A DNA stretch of 64,000 nucleotides from Macrostomum lignano (Eukaryota): the NCBI GenBank assembly GCA_002269645.1, contig NIVC01003992.1, forward strand, positions 2,118 through 66,117, given 5' to 3'. Both the position numbers and the translations under genes were made by a program. Under the pieces are notes generated by a model that had not been told where the DNA came from, made no database searches, and was given only the letters and a program-made list of their open reading frames with translations. Shown one piece after another: positions 34,305 through 64,000 of the stretch. Within the stretch, counting starts at the first letter, position 1, and each line of letters opens with the position of its first letter.

Positions 34305-35020
34305 TAAGGGCTGTGTGTCTCACTATGAGATTGTAGGGGCTGTGTGTCTCACCATGAGATTGTAGGGGCTGTGTTTCTCACTATGAGATTGTAGGGGCTG
34401 TGTGTCTCACTATGAGATTGTAGGGGCTGTGTGTCTCACTATGAGATTGTAGGGGCTGTGTGTCTCACTATGAGATTGTAGGGGCTGTGTGTCTCACTAT
34501 GAGATTGTAGGGGCTGTGTGTCTCACCATGAGATTGTAGGGGCTGTGTGTCTCACTATGAGATTGTAGTGGCTGTGTGTCTCACTATGAGATTGTAGGGG
34601 CTGTGTGTCTCACTATGAGATTGTAGGGGCTGTGTGTCTCACTATGAGATTGTAGGGGCTGTGTGTCTCACTATGAGATTGTAGGGGCTGTGTGTCTCAC
34701 CATGAGATTGTAGGGGCTGTGTGTCTCACTATGAGATTGTAGGGCTGTGTGTCTCACTATGAGATTGTAGGGGCTGTGTGTCTCACTATGAGATTGTAGG
34801 GGCTGTGTGTCTCACTATGAGATTGTAGGGGCTGTGTGTCTCACTATGAGATTGTAGGGGGTGTGTGTCTCACTATGAGATTGTAGGGGCTGTGTGTCTC
34901 ACTATGAGATTGTAGGGGCTGTGTGTCTCACTATGAAATTGTAGGGGGTCTGTGTCTCACTATGAGATTGTAGGGGCTGTGTGTCTCACTATGAGATTGT
35001 AGAGGCTTTGTGTCTCACTT
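34305..35020. repeat. 29-bp minisatellite (ctatgagattgtaggggctgtgtgtctca)
   Basis: Direct tandem copies visible. Confidence 0.97.
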
Positions 35021-35519
35021 CGAGAAAGGGGGTGTTTTCTCCCAAAGCAGATTTTTGTGAGCACTAATTGTCCTCCAGTCAGATGCAGCATCAATCGGTA
35101 GGTCACGTGCTCCAGTCAGACTCAGACAGCACGCACTGCTCCAATCCTGTCTGCTCAGCTCAGCCCTTCACACTCTTGGCTCCTTTCTTCTTTGGCAGAA
35201 ACTGTCATTTGAAAAAGTTTACCGCAATTGGCTGCAGTGCCTGCCTGGAACTTCTGCTGCTTGTTCTCTTTCAACCCCCCCCCTCCCTAAAGGCACAGGC
35301 TTGGGCGGTTCTCTGGGAGGGTTGAATTTCAGCACACAATGGGACCAACTGAGCACTGTGATTAGAAGTCTGACAGGCCTCACTGCTTAGGTAAGTCTGT
35401 CTGGGACCAGCGCAAAAAGAAATTTGAAAAATGTATATTTAGCGTCGCAAGATGATTGATTGAAAGGTTGGGGAGAATTTCTTTCAATCAAAAAGAAGTG
35501 CGAGAGGAACTACAGCTGA

Positions 35520-36970
35520 AGAAAGTGTCCATTCCTCATCGCGTATGAGTGTCTCAAGAGTGGGAAGTGTCCATTCCTCATCGCGTAGAGTGTCTCAAAA
35601 GTGGAAAGTGTCCATTCCTCATCGCGTATGAGTGTCTCAAGAGTGGGAAGTGTCCATTCCTCATCGCGTAGAGTGTCTCAAAAGTGGAAAGTGTCCATTC
35701 CTCATCGCGTATGAGTGTCTCAAGAGTGGGAAGTGTCCATTCCTCACCGCGTATGAGTGTCTTAACAGTGGGAAGTATCCATTCCTCATCGCGTATGAGT
35801 GTCTCAACAGTGGGAAGTATCCATTCCTCACCGCGTATGAGTGTCTCAACAGTGGGAAGTGTCCATTCCTCATCGCTTATGAGTGTCTCAACAGTGGGAA
35901 GTGTCCATTCCACATCGCGTATGAGTGTCTCAACAGTGGTAAGTGTCCATTCCTCATCTCTTATGAGTGTCTCAACAGTGGGAAGTATCCATTCCTCATC
36001 GCGTAGAGTGTCTCAAGAGTGGTAAGTGTCCATTCCTCATCTCTTATGAGTGTCTCAACAGTGGGAAGTATCCATTCCTCATCGCGTAGAGTGTCTCAAG
36101 AGTGGTAAGTGTCCATTCCTCATCGCGTATGAGTGTCTCAACAGTGGGAAGTGTCCATTCCTCATCGCGTATGAGTGTCTCTACAGTGGGAAGTGTCCAT
36201 TCCTCACCGCGTATGAGTGTCTCAACAGTGGGAAGTGTCCATTCCTCATCGCGTATGAGTGTCTCAACAGTGGGAAGTGTCCATTCCTCATCGCTTATGA
36301 GTGTCTCAACAGTGGGAAGTGTCCATTCCTCATCGCGTATGAGTGTCTCAACAGTGGTAAGTGTCCATTCCTCATCTCTTATGAGTGTCTCAACAGTGGG
36401 AAGTGTCCATTCCTCATCGCGTATGAGTGTCTCTACAGTGGGAAGTGTCCATTCCTCACCGCGTATGAGTGTCTCAACAGTGGGAAGTGTCCATTCCTCA
36501 TCGCGTATGAGTGTCTCAACAGTGGGAAGTGTCCATTCCTCATCGCTTATGAGTGTCTCAACAGTGGGAAGTGTCCATTCCACATCGCGTATGAGTGTCT
36601 CAACAGTGGTAAGTGTCCATTCCTCATCTCTTATGAGTGTCTCAACAGTGGGAAGTATCCATTCCTCATCGCGTATGAGTGTCTCAAGAGTGGGAAGTGT
36701 CCATTCCTCATCGCGTATGAGTGTCTCAACAGTGGGAAGTGTCCGTTCCTCACCGCGTATGAGTGTCTCAACAGTGGGAAGTATCCATTCCTCATCGCGT
36801 ATGAGTGTCTCAAGAGTGGGAAGTGTCCATTCCTCATCGCGTATGAGTGTCTCAACAGTGGGAAGTGTCCGTTCCTCACCGCGTATGAGTGTCTCAACAG
36901 TGGGAAGTGTCCGTTCCTCACCGCGTACGAGTGTCTCAAGAGTGGGAAGTGTCCGTTCCTCGCCGCGTAT
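35520..36970. repeat. 42-bp minisatellite (gagtgtctcaacagtgggaagtgtccattcctcatcgcgtat)
   Basis: Direct tandem copies visible; some units have 2-bp deletions. Confidence 0.97.
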
Positions 36971-37797
36971 TCTCTTCTTCAATCTCAGTTAGTTATTCTT
37001 GAATGCAGTCATGAGACTCAGTTGCAGCTACCTAGATCTCGATACGAACGCTCCTAGCCGTGACAAACCGTGCTCATTAATAATTAATTAGGTGCATATG
37101 GCCGGTCCGCATACAGAAGAGAAAGCCGAGGCCACTGATTTCCGAGTATGATCTGGTCTATCAAGCTTCCAGCAATCTCATTATCACCTGACAAGAAGGC
37201 AGTGAAAAAGGCCCATATGGCCTCAGTCATTTGATATTGCCTAGCAACAATATCCAGCATGCTCAAGGTAGCGGACGCCACTTCATTCATATTCTATATC
37301 TTTGCGTGATCTGTTTAGCTTGTCACTTCCCTGTCTGATAACCCCTATCCTCAGGGCAAATCCCGCACAATCCACACCCGCATTGGTTTGCCATGGCAAC
37401 CGTCGGTTATGCCGGATTTCTGGCGGTAGTTACAGCTATGGAAAATTTATAGCTATGGAGAAGCGAGAGTTATAATTTGGACAAACACGATGGCTCTGAG
37501 TTCTGAGAGTAGAGTGTAAAGTGGCCTCGCACTGTATACTCATGAATTTCTGTTTGTACCTGAATGTGATTGAGTTGAGGAGCAAAGCTGAAAGCAGTGG
37601 CATTGGTGGCTGCTGGCTCACCAGGAGTGGATTTGCTAGTTTGAGCAGCAGCCTACTCAGTGCGAGTCTGGCCTCCATGAGAGTAATTAATCTGATGCTC
37701 GCAGAGTGGATTAAGTGGGCACGCCTTGATTCAACTCAGTTCCTCGACCAGTTCTAGCTCATCGAGGTTGCTTTGAGGTAGACACTTCAGAGTGGCT

Positions 37798-39268
37798 CTT
37801 AGGTAGCTTCACCAGAGTAACCTATTGAGGTAGCTTCACCAGAGTAACCTATTGAGGTAGCTTCACCAGAGTAACCTATTGAGGTAGCTTCACCAGAGTA
37901 ACCTATTGAGGTAGCTTCACTAGAGTAACCTATTGAGGTAGCTTCATCAGAGTAACCTATTGAGGTAGCTTCACCAGAGTAACCTATTGAGGTAGCTTCA
38001 CCAGAGTAACCTATTGAGGTAGCTTCACCAGAGTAACCTATTGAGGTAGCTTCACCAGAGTAACCTATTGAGGTAGCTTCACTAGAGTAATCTATTGAGG
38101 TAGCTTCACCAGAGTAACCTATTGAGGTAGCTTCATCAGAGTAACCTATTCAGGTAGCTTCACCAGAGTAACCTATTGAGGTAGCTTCACTAGAGTAATC
38201 TATTGAGGTAGCTTCACCAGAGTAACCTATTGAGGTAGCTTCACTAGAGTAACCTATTGAGGTAGCTTCACCAGAGTAACCTATTAAGGTAGCTTCACTA
38301 GAGTAACCTATTGAGGTAGCTTCACCAGAGTAATCTATTGAGGTAGCTTCATCAGAGTAACCTATTGAGGTAGCTTCACCAGAGTAATCTATTGAGGTAG
38401 CTTCACTAGAGTAACCTATTGAGGTAGCTTCATCAGAGTAACCCATTGAGGTAACTTCATCAGAGTAACCCATTGAGGTAGCTTCACCAGAGTAACCTAT
38501 TAAGGTAGCTTCACTAGAGTAATCTATTGAGGTAGCTTCACTAGAGTAATCTATTGAGGTAGCTTCACCAGAGTAATCTATTGAGGTAGCTTCACCAGAG
38601 TAACCTATTGAGGTAGCTTCATCAGAGTAACCTATTGAGGTAGCTTCACCAGAGTAACCTATTGAGGTAGCTTCACCAGAGTAACCTATTGAGGTAACTT
38701 TACCAGAGTAACCTATTGAGGTAGCTTCACCAGAGTAATCTATTGAGGTAGCTTCACTAGAGTAATCTATTGAGGTAGCTTCACCAGAGTAACCTATTGA
38801 GGTAGCTTCATAAGAGTAACCCATTGAGGTAACTTCACCAGAGTAACCTATTAAGGTAGCTTCACTAGAGTAATCTATTGAGGTAGCTTCACTAGAGTAA
38901 TCTATTGAGGTAGCTTCACCAGAGTAACCTATTGAGGTAGCTTCACCAGAGTAACCTATTGAGGTAGCTTCACCAGAGTAACCTATTGAGGTAGCTTCAC
39001 CAGAGTAACCTATTGAGGTAGCTTCACTAGAGTAATCTATTGAGGTAGCTTCACCAGAGTAACCTATTGAGGTAGCTTCACCAGAGTAACCTATTGAGGT
39101 AGCTTCATCAGAGTAACCCATTGAGGTAGCTTCACCAGAGTAACCTATTGAGGTAACTTCACCAGAGTAACCTACTGAGGTAGCTTCACCAGAGTAACCT
39201 ATTCAGGTAGCTTCACCAGAGTAACCTATTGAGGTAGCTTCACCAGAGTAACCTATTGAGGTAACTTC
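37798..39268. repeat. 27-bp minisatellite (gaggtagcttcaccagagtaacctatt)
   Basis: Direct tandem copies visible. Confidence 0.98.
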
Positions 39269-39664
39269 AGAAGCCCTCCGTGAACTAAGCCATTATGTTC
39301 ATCATATGACCTGAAGAGACGCGCTCCATCCGCAATGCCGCGAACGCTAATGAATATTAATTTAGTTGCTGCATTGCTCGCCACAGTTTGACACAATAGG
39401 AAATCTTCTGATTTATTATTTAATTACTGCTATTTTTTACTCAATTAGGCGGCCGCTTGTGTCTGCCCAGCCCTGGAAACTGGCTTCATCATTTATCGTT
39501 GAGTAAATGTTTCATTTGGCTTATTTGACAGTTGAAAATAGCCCAGGGCAGCAGTACTCTTATGAGCTGTACTGTCCGTAATTTAAAAGCAATTTGGAGT
39601 CCACGTGCACAAGCGAGTAATTCGTGGATGGATGAAAGATAATTTTAAACTGTTTTATGGGACC

Positions 39665-41470
39665 CAGACTCTAGCTTTGACTACCTAGACCCCCAGAGTC
39701 TAGCGCCACCTAGACCCCCAGAGTCTAGCGCCACCTAGACCCCCAGAGTCTAGCGCCACCTAGACCCCCAGAGTCTAGCGCTATCTAGACCCCCAGAGTC
39801 TAGCGCTTAATTAGACCACCAGAGTCTAGCGCTTAATTAGACCACCAGAGTCTAGCGCTATCTAGACCCCCAGAGTCTAGCGCCACCTAGATCCCCAGAG
39901 TCTAGCGCTATCTAGACCCCCAGAGTCTAGCGCTTAATTAGACCACCAGACTCTAGCGCTATCTAGACCCCCAGAGTCTAGCGCTATCTAGACCCCCAGA
40001 GTCTAGCGCCACCTAGATCCCCAGAGTCTAGCGCTATCTAGACCCCCAGAGTCTAGCGCTTAATTAGACCACCAGAGTCTAGCGCTTAATTAGACCCCCA
40101 GAGTCTAGCGCTATCTAGACCCCCAGAGTTTAGCGCCACCTAGATCCCCAGAGTCTAGCGCTATCTAGACCCCCAGAGTCTAGCGCTTAATTAGACCACC
40201 AGAGTCTAGCGCTTAATTAGACCACCAGAGTCTAGCGCTATCTAGACCCCCAGAGTCTAGCGCTTAATTAGACCCCCAGAGTCTAGCGCTATCTAGACCC
40301 CCAGAGTCTAGCGCCACCTAGATCCCCAGAGTCTAGCGCTATCTAGACCCCCAGAGTCTAGCGCTTAATTAGACCCCCAGAGTCTAGCGCTTAATTAGAC
40401 CACCAGAGTCTAGCGCTTAATTAGACCCCCAGAGTCTAGCGCTTAATTAGACCACCAGAGTCTAGCGCTTAATTAGACCACCAGAGTCTAGCGCTATCTA
40501 GACCCCCAGAGTCTAGCGCCACCTAGATCCCCAGAGTCTAGCGCTATCTAGACCCCCAGAGTCTAGCGCTTAATTAGACCACCAGAGTCTAGCGCTTTAT
40601 TAGACCACCAGAGTCTAGCGCTATCTAGACCCCCAGAGTCTAGCGCTTAATTAGACCCCCAGAGTCTAGCGCTATCTAGACCCCCAGAGTCTAGCGCTTA
40701 ATTAGACCACCAGACTCTAGCGCTATCTAGACCCCCAGAGTCTAGCGCCACCTAGATCCCCAGAGTCTAGCGCTATCTAGACCCCCAGAGTCTAGCGCTT
40801 AATTAGACCCTCAGAGTTTAGCGCTTAATTAGACCACCAGAGTCTAGCGCTTAATTAGACCCCCAGAGTCTAGCGCTTAATTAGACCACCAGAGTCTAGC
40901 GCTTAATTAGACCCCCAGAGTCTAGCGCTTAATTAGACCACCAGAGTCTAGCGCTTAATTAGACCACCAGAGTCTAGCGCTATCTAGACCCCCAGAGTCT
41001 AGCGCCACCTAGATTCCCAGAGTCTAGCGCTATCTAGACCCCCAGAGTCTAGCGCTATCTAGACCCCCAGAGTCTAGCGCTTGATTAGACCACCAGAGTC
41101 TAGCGCTTAATTAGACCACCAGAGTCTAGCGCTTAATTAGAACCCCAGAGTCTAGCGCTTAATTAGACCACCAGAGTCTAGCGCTTAATTAGACCACCAG
41201 AGTCTAGCGCTTAATTAGACCACCAGAGTCTAGCGCTTAATTAGACCACCAGAGTCTAGCGCTATCTAGACCCCCAGAGTCTAGCGCCACCTAGATTCCC
41301 AGAGTCTAGCGCTATCTAGACCCCCAGAGTCTAGCGCTATCTAGACCCCCAGAGTCTAGCGCTTGATTAGACCACCAGAGTCTAGCGCTTAATTAGACCA
41401 CCAGAGTCTAGCGCTTAATTAGACCACCAGAGTCTAGCGCTATCTAGACCCCCAGAGTCTAGCGCTTAAT
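39665..41470. repeat. 25/26-bp minisatellite (tagacccccagagtctagcgctatc / tagaccaccagagtctagcgcttaat)
   Basis: Direct tandem copies with three interspersed unit variants. Confidence 0.98.
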
Positions 41471-42211
41471 TGGCACCGAGTCTGGCGCAAACTAGGCGTC
41501 ATAGTCTAGCCTCAAAAATGACGGAAGCAACTAGCTCCTGTAAAAGTACAACTCATTAAGCATCTGAAATGCAATAATAAGAGCTACTCAAAGCCAGCAA
41601 CTCGGTTTATAGTAAAAAGGATTTATTGGGCTCATGGAATTGAGAACCCGATTCAGCCAGGCGGGAAAAAACAATATATCACTGCGCGAGATCCGCAGTG
41701 ATTTTCTCTTTCTCTCTTCCTACGCGTCCAGCTATCTCTGTTCGACATCAATGGGGGATTTGGCGGAGGCGGATAAATTTCTGGATGAGATTTAACTATC
41801 CGTTTTCACAATGGCTTTTCAATAATTTCTCGTCGTTCCTGTTGTTAGTAGAGTATAACGGTTTTGACTATCTAAAAATAGTCAGTAAATTTTCTGTCAA
41901 CCGGTTATGCTGCGGTGACTCAATTCTCATTGGATCGGTCTGGCGTGGATTGAACTGTTGCTTCCATTCCGGCTTCATCAGCCACCCACCCCAGTCTCCA
42001 AGCTCAGCTGCCAACCCAAATTGTCTGGCAGCAGAAACCGGTTCCTCCAGAGAAATATTTGTCAAAATTTTCTACTGTTTAGATAATTCTGCTTCATGAT
42101 GGCGTCTGGCAAAGTCCTCTTCTTGAGCAGAAACCATAACAGACAATAGTCTCGTTAAAAACTCTGACTCAAGTGTATTATGCCTAGCTTATGAAGCCAC
42201 AGGTAGCAGAG

Positions 42212-42793
42212 GTACAGAATCCCAAACTCATGCTGCTGAGCAGTACAGAATCCCAAACTCATGCTGCTGAGCAGTACAGAATCCCAAACTCATGCTGCTG
42301 ATCGGTACAGAATCCCAAACTCATGCTGCTGAGCAGTACAGAATCTCAAACTCATGCTGCTGAGCAGTACAGAATCCCAAACTCATGCTGCTGATCGGTA
42401 CAGAATCTCAAACTCATGCTGCTGAGCAGTACAGAATCCCAAACTCATGCTGCTGATCAGTACAGAATCCCAAACTCATGCTGCTGATCGGTACAGAATC
42501 CCAAACTCATGCTGCTGAGCAGTACAGAATCCCAAACTCATGCTGCTGAGCAGTACAGAATCCCAAACTCATGCTGCTGAGCAGTACAGAATCCCAAACT
42601 CATGCTGCTGATCGGTACAGAATCCCAAACTCATGCTGCTGAGCGATACAGAATCTCAAACTCATGCTGCTGAGCAGTACAGAATCCCAAACTCATGCTG
42701 CTGATCGGTACAGAATCTCAAACTCATGCTGCTGAGCAGTACAGAATCCCAAACTCATGCTGCTGATCGGTACAGAATCTCAAACTCATGCTG
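42212..42793. repeat. 31-bp minisatellite (cagtacagaatcccaaactcatgctgctgag)
   Basis: Direct tandem copies visible. Confidence 0.97.
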
Positions 42794-44218
42794 TCGCACG
42801 GCACATAAGTTAAGCCATATCAGTTGGTGATCCAGTAACGTGTGAAGAGGCCGCAAGTGGCGTCCTGTTGCTCGTCGTGGTATCCTGATGAAGCTCCTAG
42901 TCCTGGACCTGGATCTCCATTTTTTCTCAAAAGCCACAAATTAATTTGACTGAGCAGCGCGGAGTCAAACTTAGGTAATTGGCTTTAACCTCTGATAAGT
43001 TATTGACTTTTGCTAGAATTTTTATCTTATGCAAAGATATTTCTAGAAAAACTTGCTTTGAATCTTTTCAAGCCTTCAAGTTCAAATCGTCTGCAGTCGG
43101 GCTATTTGTTCTCAACCAGTTGTACTTTATAAACGATCGTTTCTTAGCTCGCATAAGAAACAAAATAATCCACTGCAGTATCGCACTAATGGTATTAAGA
43201 AACGCGCAGCCCCCAGCAGCCTTGAGTTAGATGTGTATGTTGCTGCGTCTGCTTGCTTGCTACTGGAAGCAGCCGGTCTGCCTCCCACCTCACCCCCTCC
43301 AAACTGAATGTCCAGACTGGCACATCAGCTGCCCTCCCGGTTTCCAGCCTCAGCGGGGAGAAGGCTGCATCCAGACCAGTTCCTCACAGCGATTCCACGG
43401 CGTTCTAGAACTAGAAGTCTCGCTAGGTGCATGAAGCACTCATTGACGAAGAAATTGATCACGACAAAAGACGGTTTAAAATTTGACATTTTTTGCAACT
43501 CAATCATGATTCAGCTATGTGAATTCAAGGCCTCAAATTAGGATGCATCTCTAGTTTGTTTCTATGCCGGTCTCCAGATGCTGGATCTAGTGCTCCGTGG
43601 CTGCAGCACCCGTTACCAAATTCTCCAAGTGCGATCCGCGCAGTCGCAGCAGTGGCCGCAAGGACTGTGGGGGGAGACGAGAGTAAATGGATGGGGCGCT
43701 GTGGCTCATTGCTTATGAATTATTTAGTAGCAACCCTAGTAGCTAGAGCCGCACTGTTCCCTATCCGACGCTGTTGGGGGGGGGGGTAAAAATGGTCGCC
43801 GAAGCACGACTTTGGTAGCTATGCGGGCCGCGGCTGTCCTGTTGGTTACAGAAATTGCACTGAGAGACAGCTGGTGTGAGAGAACTACGGGATCTGAGCA
43901 GGATGGGCGCTTGTTCTTACAGCAGCATGTATACTTTTATTATATTACTAAACCTTCACTTTCCCACTGTCTAAGTGCGACAGTTGGACTCGCGGGGTGT
44001 GCTCGATGTGCATATTTCCTACTTAAGTCCGTTATATACTTTGTGCTTGCGGTTTTCGGAGCCTAGAGAGCACTGGAAAGCAATGAAGGCAAGAGACAGG
44101 GGACGGAGAGCATTGGAGGGGATGCAAGTCTTCCTCAAGGTTGCGTGCCGTCCCCTAAGAGTCCTCCGCTTGCTTGGGCAGCAGCGACACGGGACATCTC
44201 GTATTGATTTCATGGAAA

Positions 44219-44219
<1 letters not shown>

Positions 44220-44288
<69 letters not shown>
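44220..44288. repeat. (CA)n microsatellite upstream of Cav1
   Basis: Direct. Confidence 0.97.
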
Positions 44289-44289
<1 letters not shown>

Positions 44290-45568
44290 AAAGCATTCTG
44301 CGGCCCCGTGTAGGCCTTCAGTGAGAGAAAGAACGGAATGAGGAGAACTGAGTTTTGGGGGGAGGGGTCCAGACTCAAAGCAGAGAAGCCTCTTGCGAAT
44401 CTCCTCACGCTACGGGGGGTATTGGCATTGGGTGGTCGGAGCGGAGGCGCCTCATCGCCCCGTTCATTCCTTTCCCTTTTCCCTCCTCGCTCTCCCCCCC
44501 TCTCTCGGATGTCCCCCCGGTAGAATGCAGAGGATTTCCCTTTATTTCTCTCCCAAAGCTTTCATGCATCGCAGTCCTCGCTCGATTTACCCCCTGCTCT
44601 TCATTTCTTGGGCCATTTTTTTTCCACTTTAGCTTTCCGCCATCTTATGCGGTTAGTTGCTACCCCTGCCGAGTGCACCTGGATAACCTACTCGTACTTC
44701 TCACAAATCTGGAGCTTTCACAGTGCTAATCTGGTTTTCTCAACTTCAAGAAACGATAATTATGTTACATTATTATTGACTGGGCAGATCGCAGCCTCAT
44801 TGGGCTAAAGGGTGGGCAGAGCACGACATCTAGTGACATGCCTGACGATTAGAAAGTCAGGGCTGCTGTACACCCCTTGTGAGCGTGTGTGTGAGTTTGC
44901 TGTCAATGTACTCCTAATGAATTCCAACCAGCCTATTGATGTGCCAATAGGCCAGTTTACGACCAGCTCAAGCTCAAGCCGTCTCCTCGGCATAGGAACA
45001 ATTTTTTTACACAATTCCGCCAATTATTTCCCGACGCCTTGTTGGGCTCAGCCGGCGTCATGGCCAAAGTATGCACGGCTAATAGCCAGAACCATAGCAG
45101 CGGAGAAGTTGGACTTCGCGCTGGGTTAGGGAAGTGACAGGGAGAGAGCGAGAGGATGCAAGGGGGACTGTCGGCTGTGGTCGGCGTGGCGGTAGGGTGA
45201 CAGCATTTTATTATACGTTGGGGTGGGGTAGAGAGCCAGGGGACCTCCAAATTGGAGCTTGGGCATTTCGGGGATTGTTAAGCGGCTTGATGGTGGTGGT
45301 AGAACAGAAGGCTCATGAGAGAAACAGAGGCGGGAAGAGAGGAGAGTGAGGGCAGGAGAAGATGGGGAGAAGGTGCGCGCAGTGAGCAATGTTCCCCAAC
45401 CCCAGTCCTAAAGAAGAGTTTCCTTGTTTCAAGTCCCAAGGCCCTGATTGGCTGCAGGCAGAAACTCCATTGACCACCCGACATTGCCCCCTCCCCACTT
45501 GCAGAGTCGGCGGAGGCGGGGGGAGCGTCCTGAGCGCCTCCCCACCTCCACCCGGCCGGCTGGCAGAC

Positions 45569-63465
<17,897 letters not shown>

Positions 63466-63879
63466 GTAAGTTAATCTGACAATAATGTATTTTTACATAT
63501 AAACTCTCCGCGCTCAATAAATTGATGCAATATTAACAGACAAACAAATAACCCAAACTGCAATATGTTACATTATGCGTCATGTATATCCTGATAGCTT
63601 GTCAATAGAGTCTAAGGCCTTTTAATCAGTTCACACTTAGAGCGAGCAGTTTTCGGCTACAAGCGAATTTGCTTATTTCTAAAAATGCAGCAGCAAATAA
63701 TATCTAGCAAATTATTGATTTTATGCGGCATTGCAACTGCATTTTACTGTACAGCACTGCTAGTGAATGATTTTGCATATATGTCTGCTTTATTGACAAA
63801 AACTTTACGAATTGCGAGTTCCATTTGTAATGAACCAGGTCGAAGTAGAATTCAGGTGCGTATGGGTAAGGCGTGTGAG

Positions 63880-64000
63880 GAAAGAGGTGGGCAAGGAGTG
63901 AGGTGCGTGAGGAGTGAGGCGGGTGAGGAGCGAGGTGGGTGAGGAGTGAGGTGGGCAAGGAGTGAGGTGGGTGAGGAGTGAGGTGGGTGAGGTGTGAGGT
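63880..64000 (-). repeat. Same 17-bp minisatellite in reverse orientation (gggtgaggagtgaggtg), truncated by the window end
   Basis: The unit is the reverse complement of the 63118-63330 unit. Confidence 0.93.

Noticed and set aside
35578-37057. 300+ aa ORFs in several frames (ECLNSGKCPFLIAY, EEWTLPTVETLIRD and others)
   Set aside because: These are translations of the 42-bp array. Unit variants introduce stops and 2-bp deletions, so there is no sign of frame selection.
37084-37700. Helical-looking minus-strand ORFs, one resembling a cytochrome P450 C-terminus (LMEARLALSRLLLK)
   Set aside because: No heme-cysteine motif or other P450 features, and no consistent exon chain could be built.
38150-39121. 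GYSGEATSI-repeat ORF resembling ice-nucleation or adhesive repeats
   Set aside because: 27-bp array translation. Variants create in-frame TGA at both ends, and there is no signal peptide or flanking coding sequence.

Overview
Eukaryotic (metazoan) genomic DNA. About a quarter of it, by my rough sum, is micro- and minisatellite. The compact GC-rich exons, short introns and dense tandem repeats are consistent with a flatworm such as Macrostomum, but that is inference only. I reconstructed four protein-coding genes exon by exon, checking splice phases. (1) A laminin beta chain on the minus strand, 7790 to <354, with 11 exons (signal peptide, LN, LE1-5, LF/IV-B, LE6-8); it runs off the window. 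(2) A 3-exon Mlx/Mondo-like bHLH-ZIP factor on the plus strand, 12187-15227, with Val at the basic-region position normally held by Arg13. (3) A 2-exon, divergent THAP zinc-finger gene on the minus strand, 21162-20608, followed by a ~95-nt hairpin. (4) The 5' half of an L-type (Cav1) calcium channel alpha-1 gene on the plus strand, 45569 to >63465. Cav1 shows three apparent frameshifts in domain II, candidate I-II-loop cassette exons, a GC-AG intron, and a 60-nt IIIS2 exon bracketed by inverted copies of the same 17-bp minisatellite. There are also two families of tRNA-derived SINE, each with one copy flanked by a target-site duplication; one is CORE/MIR-like. The 22-44 kb stretch has no confidently coding sequence, and nearly all long ORFs there are repeat artefacts. 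No CRISPR array, rRNA or intact tRNA was seen.
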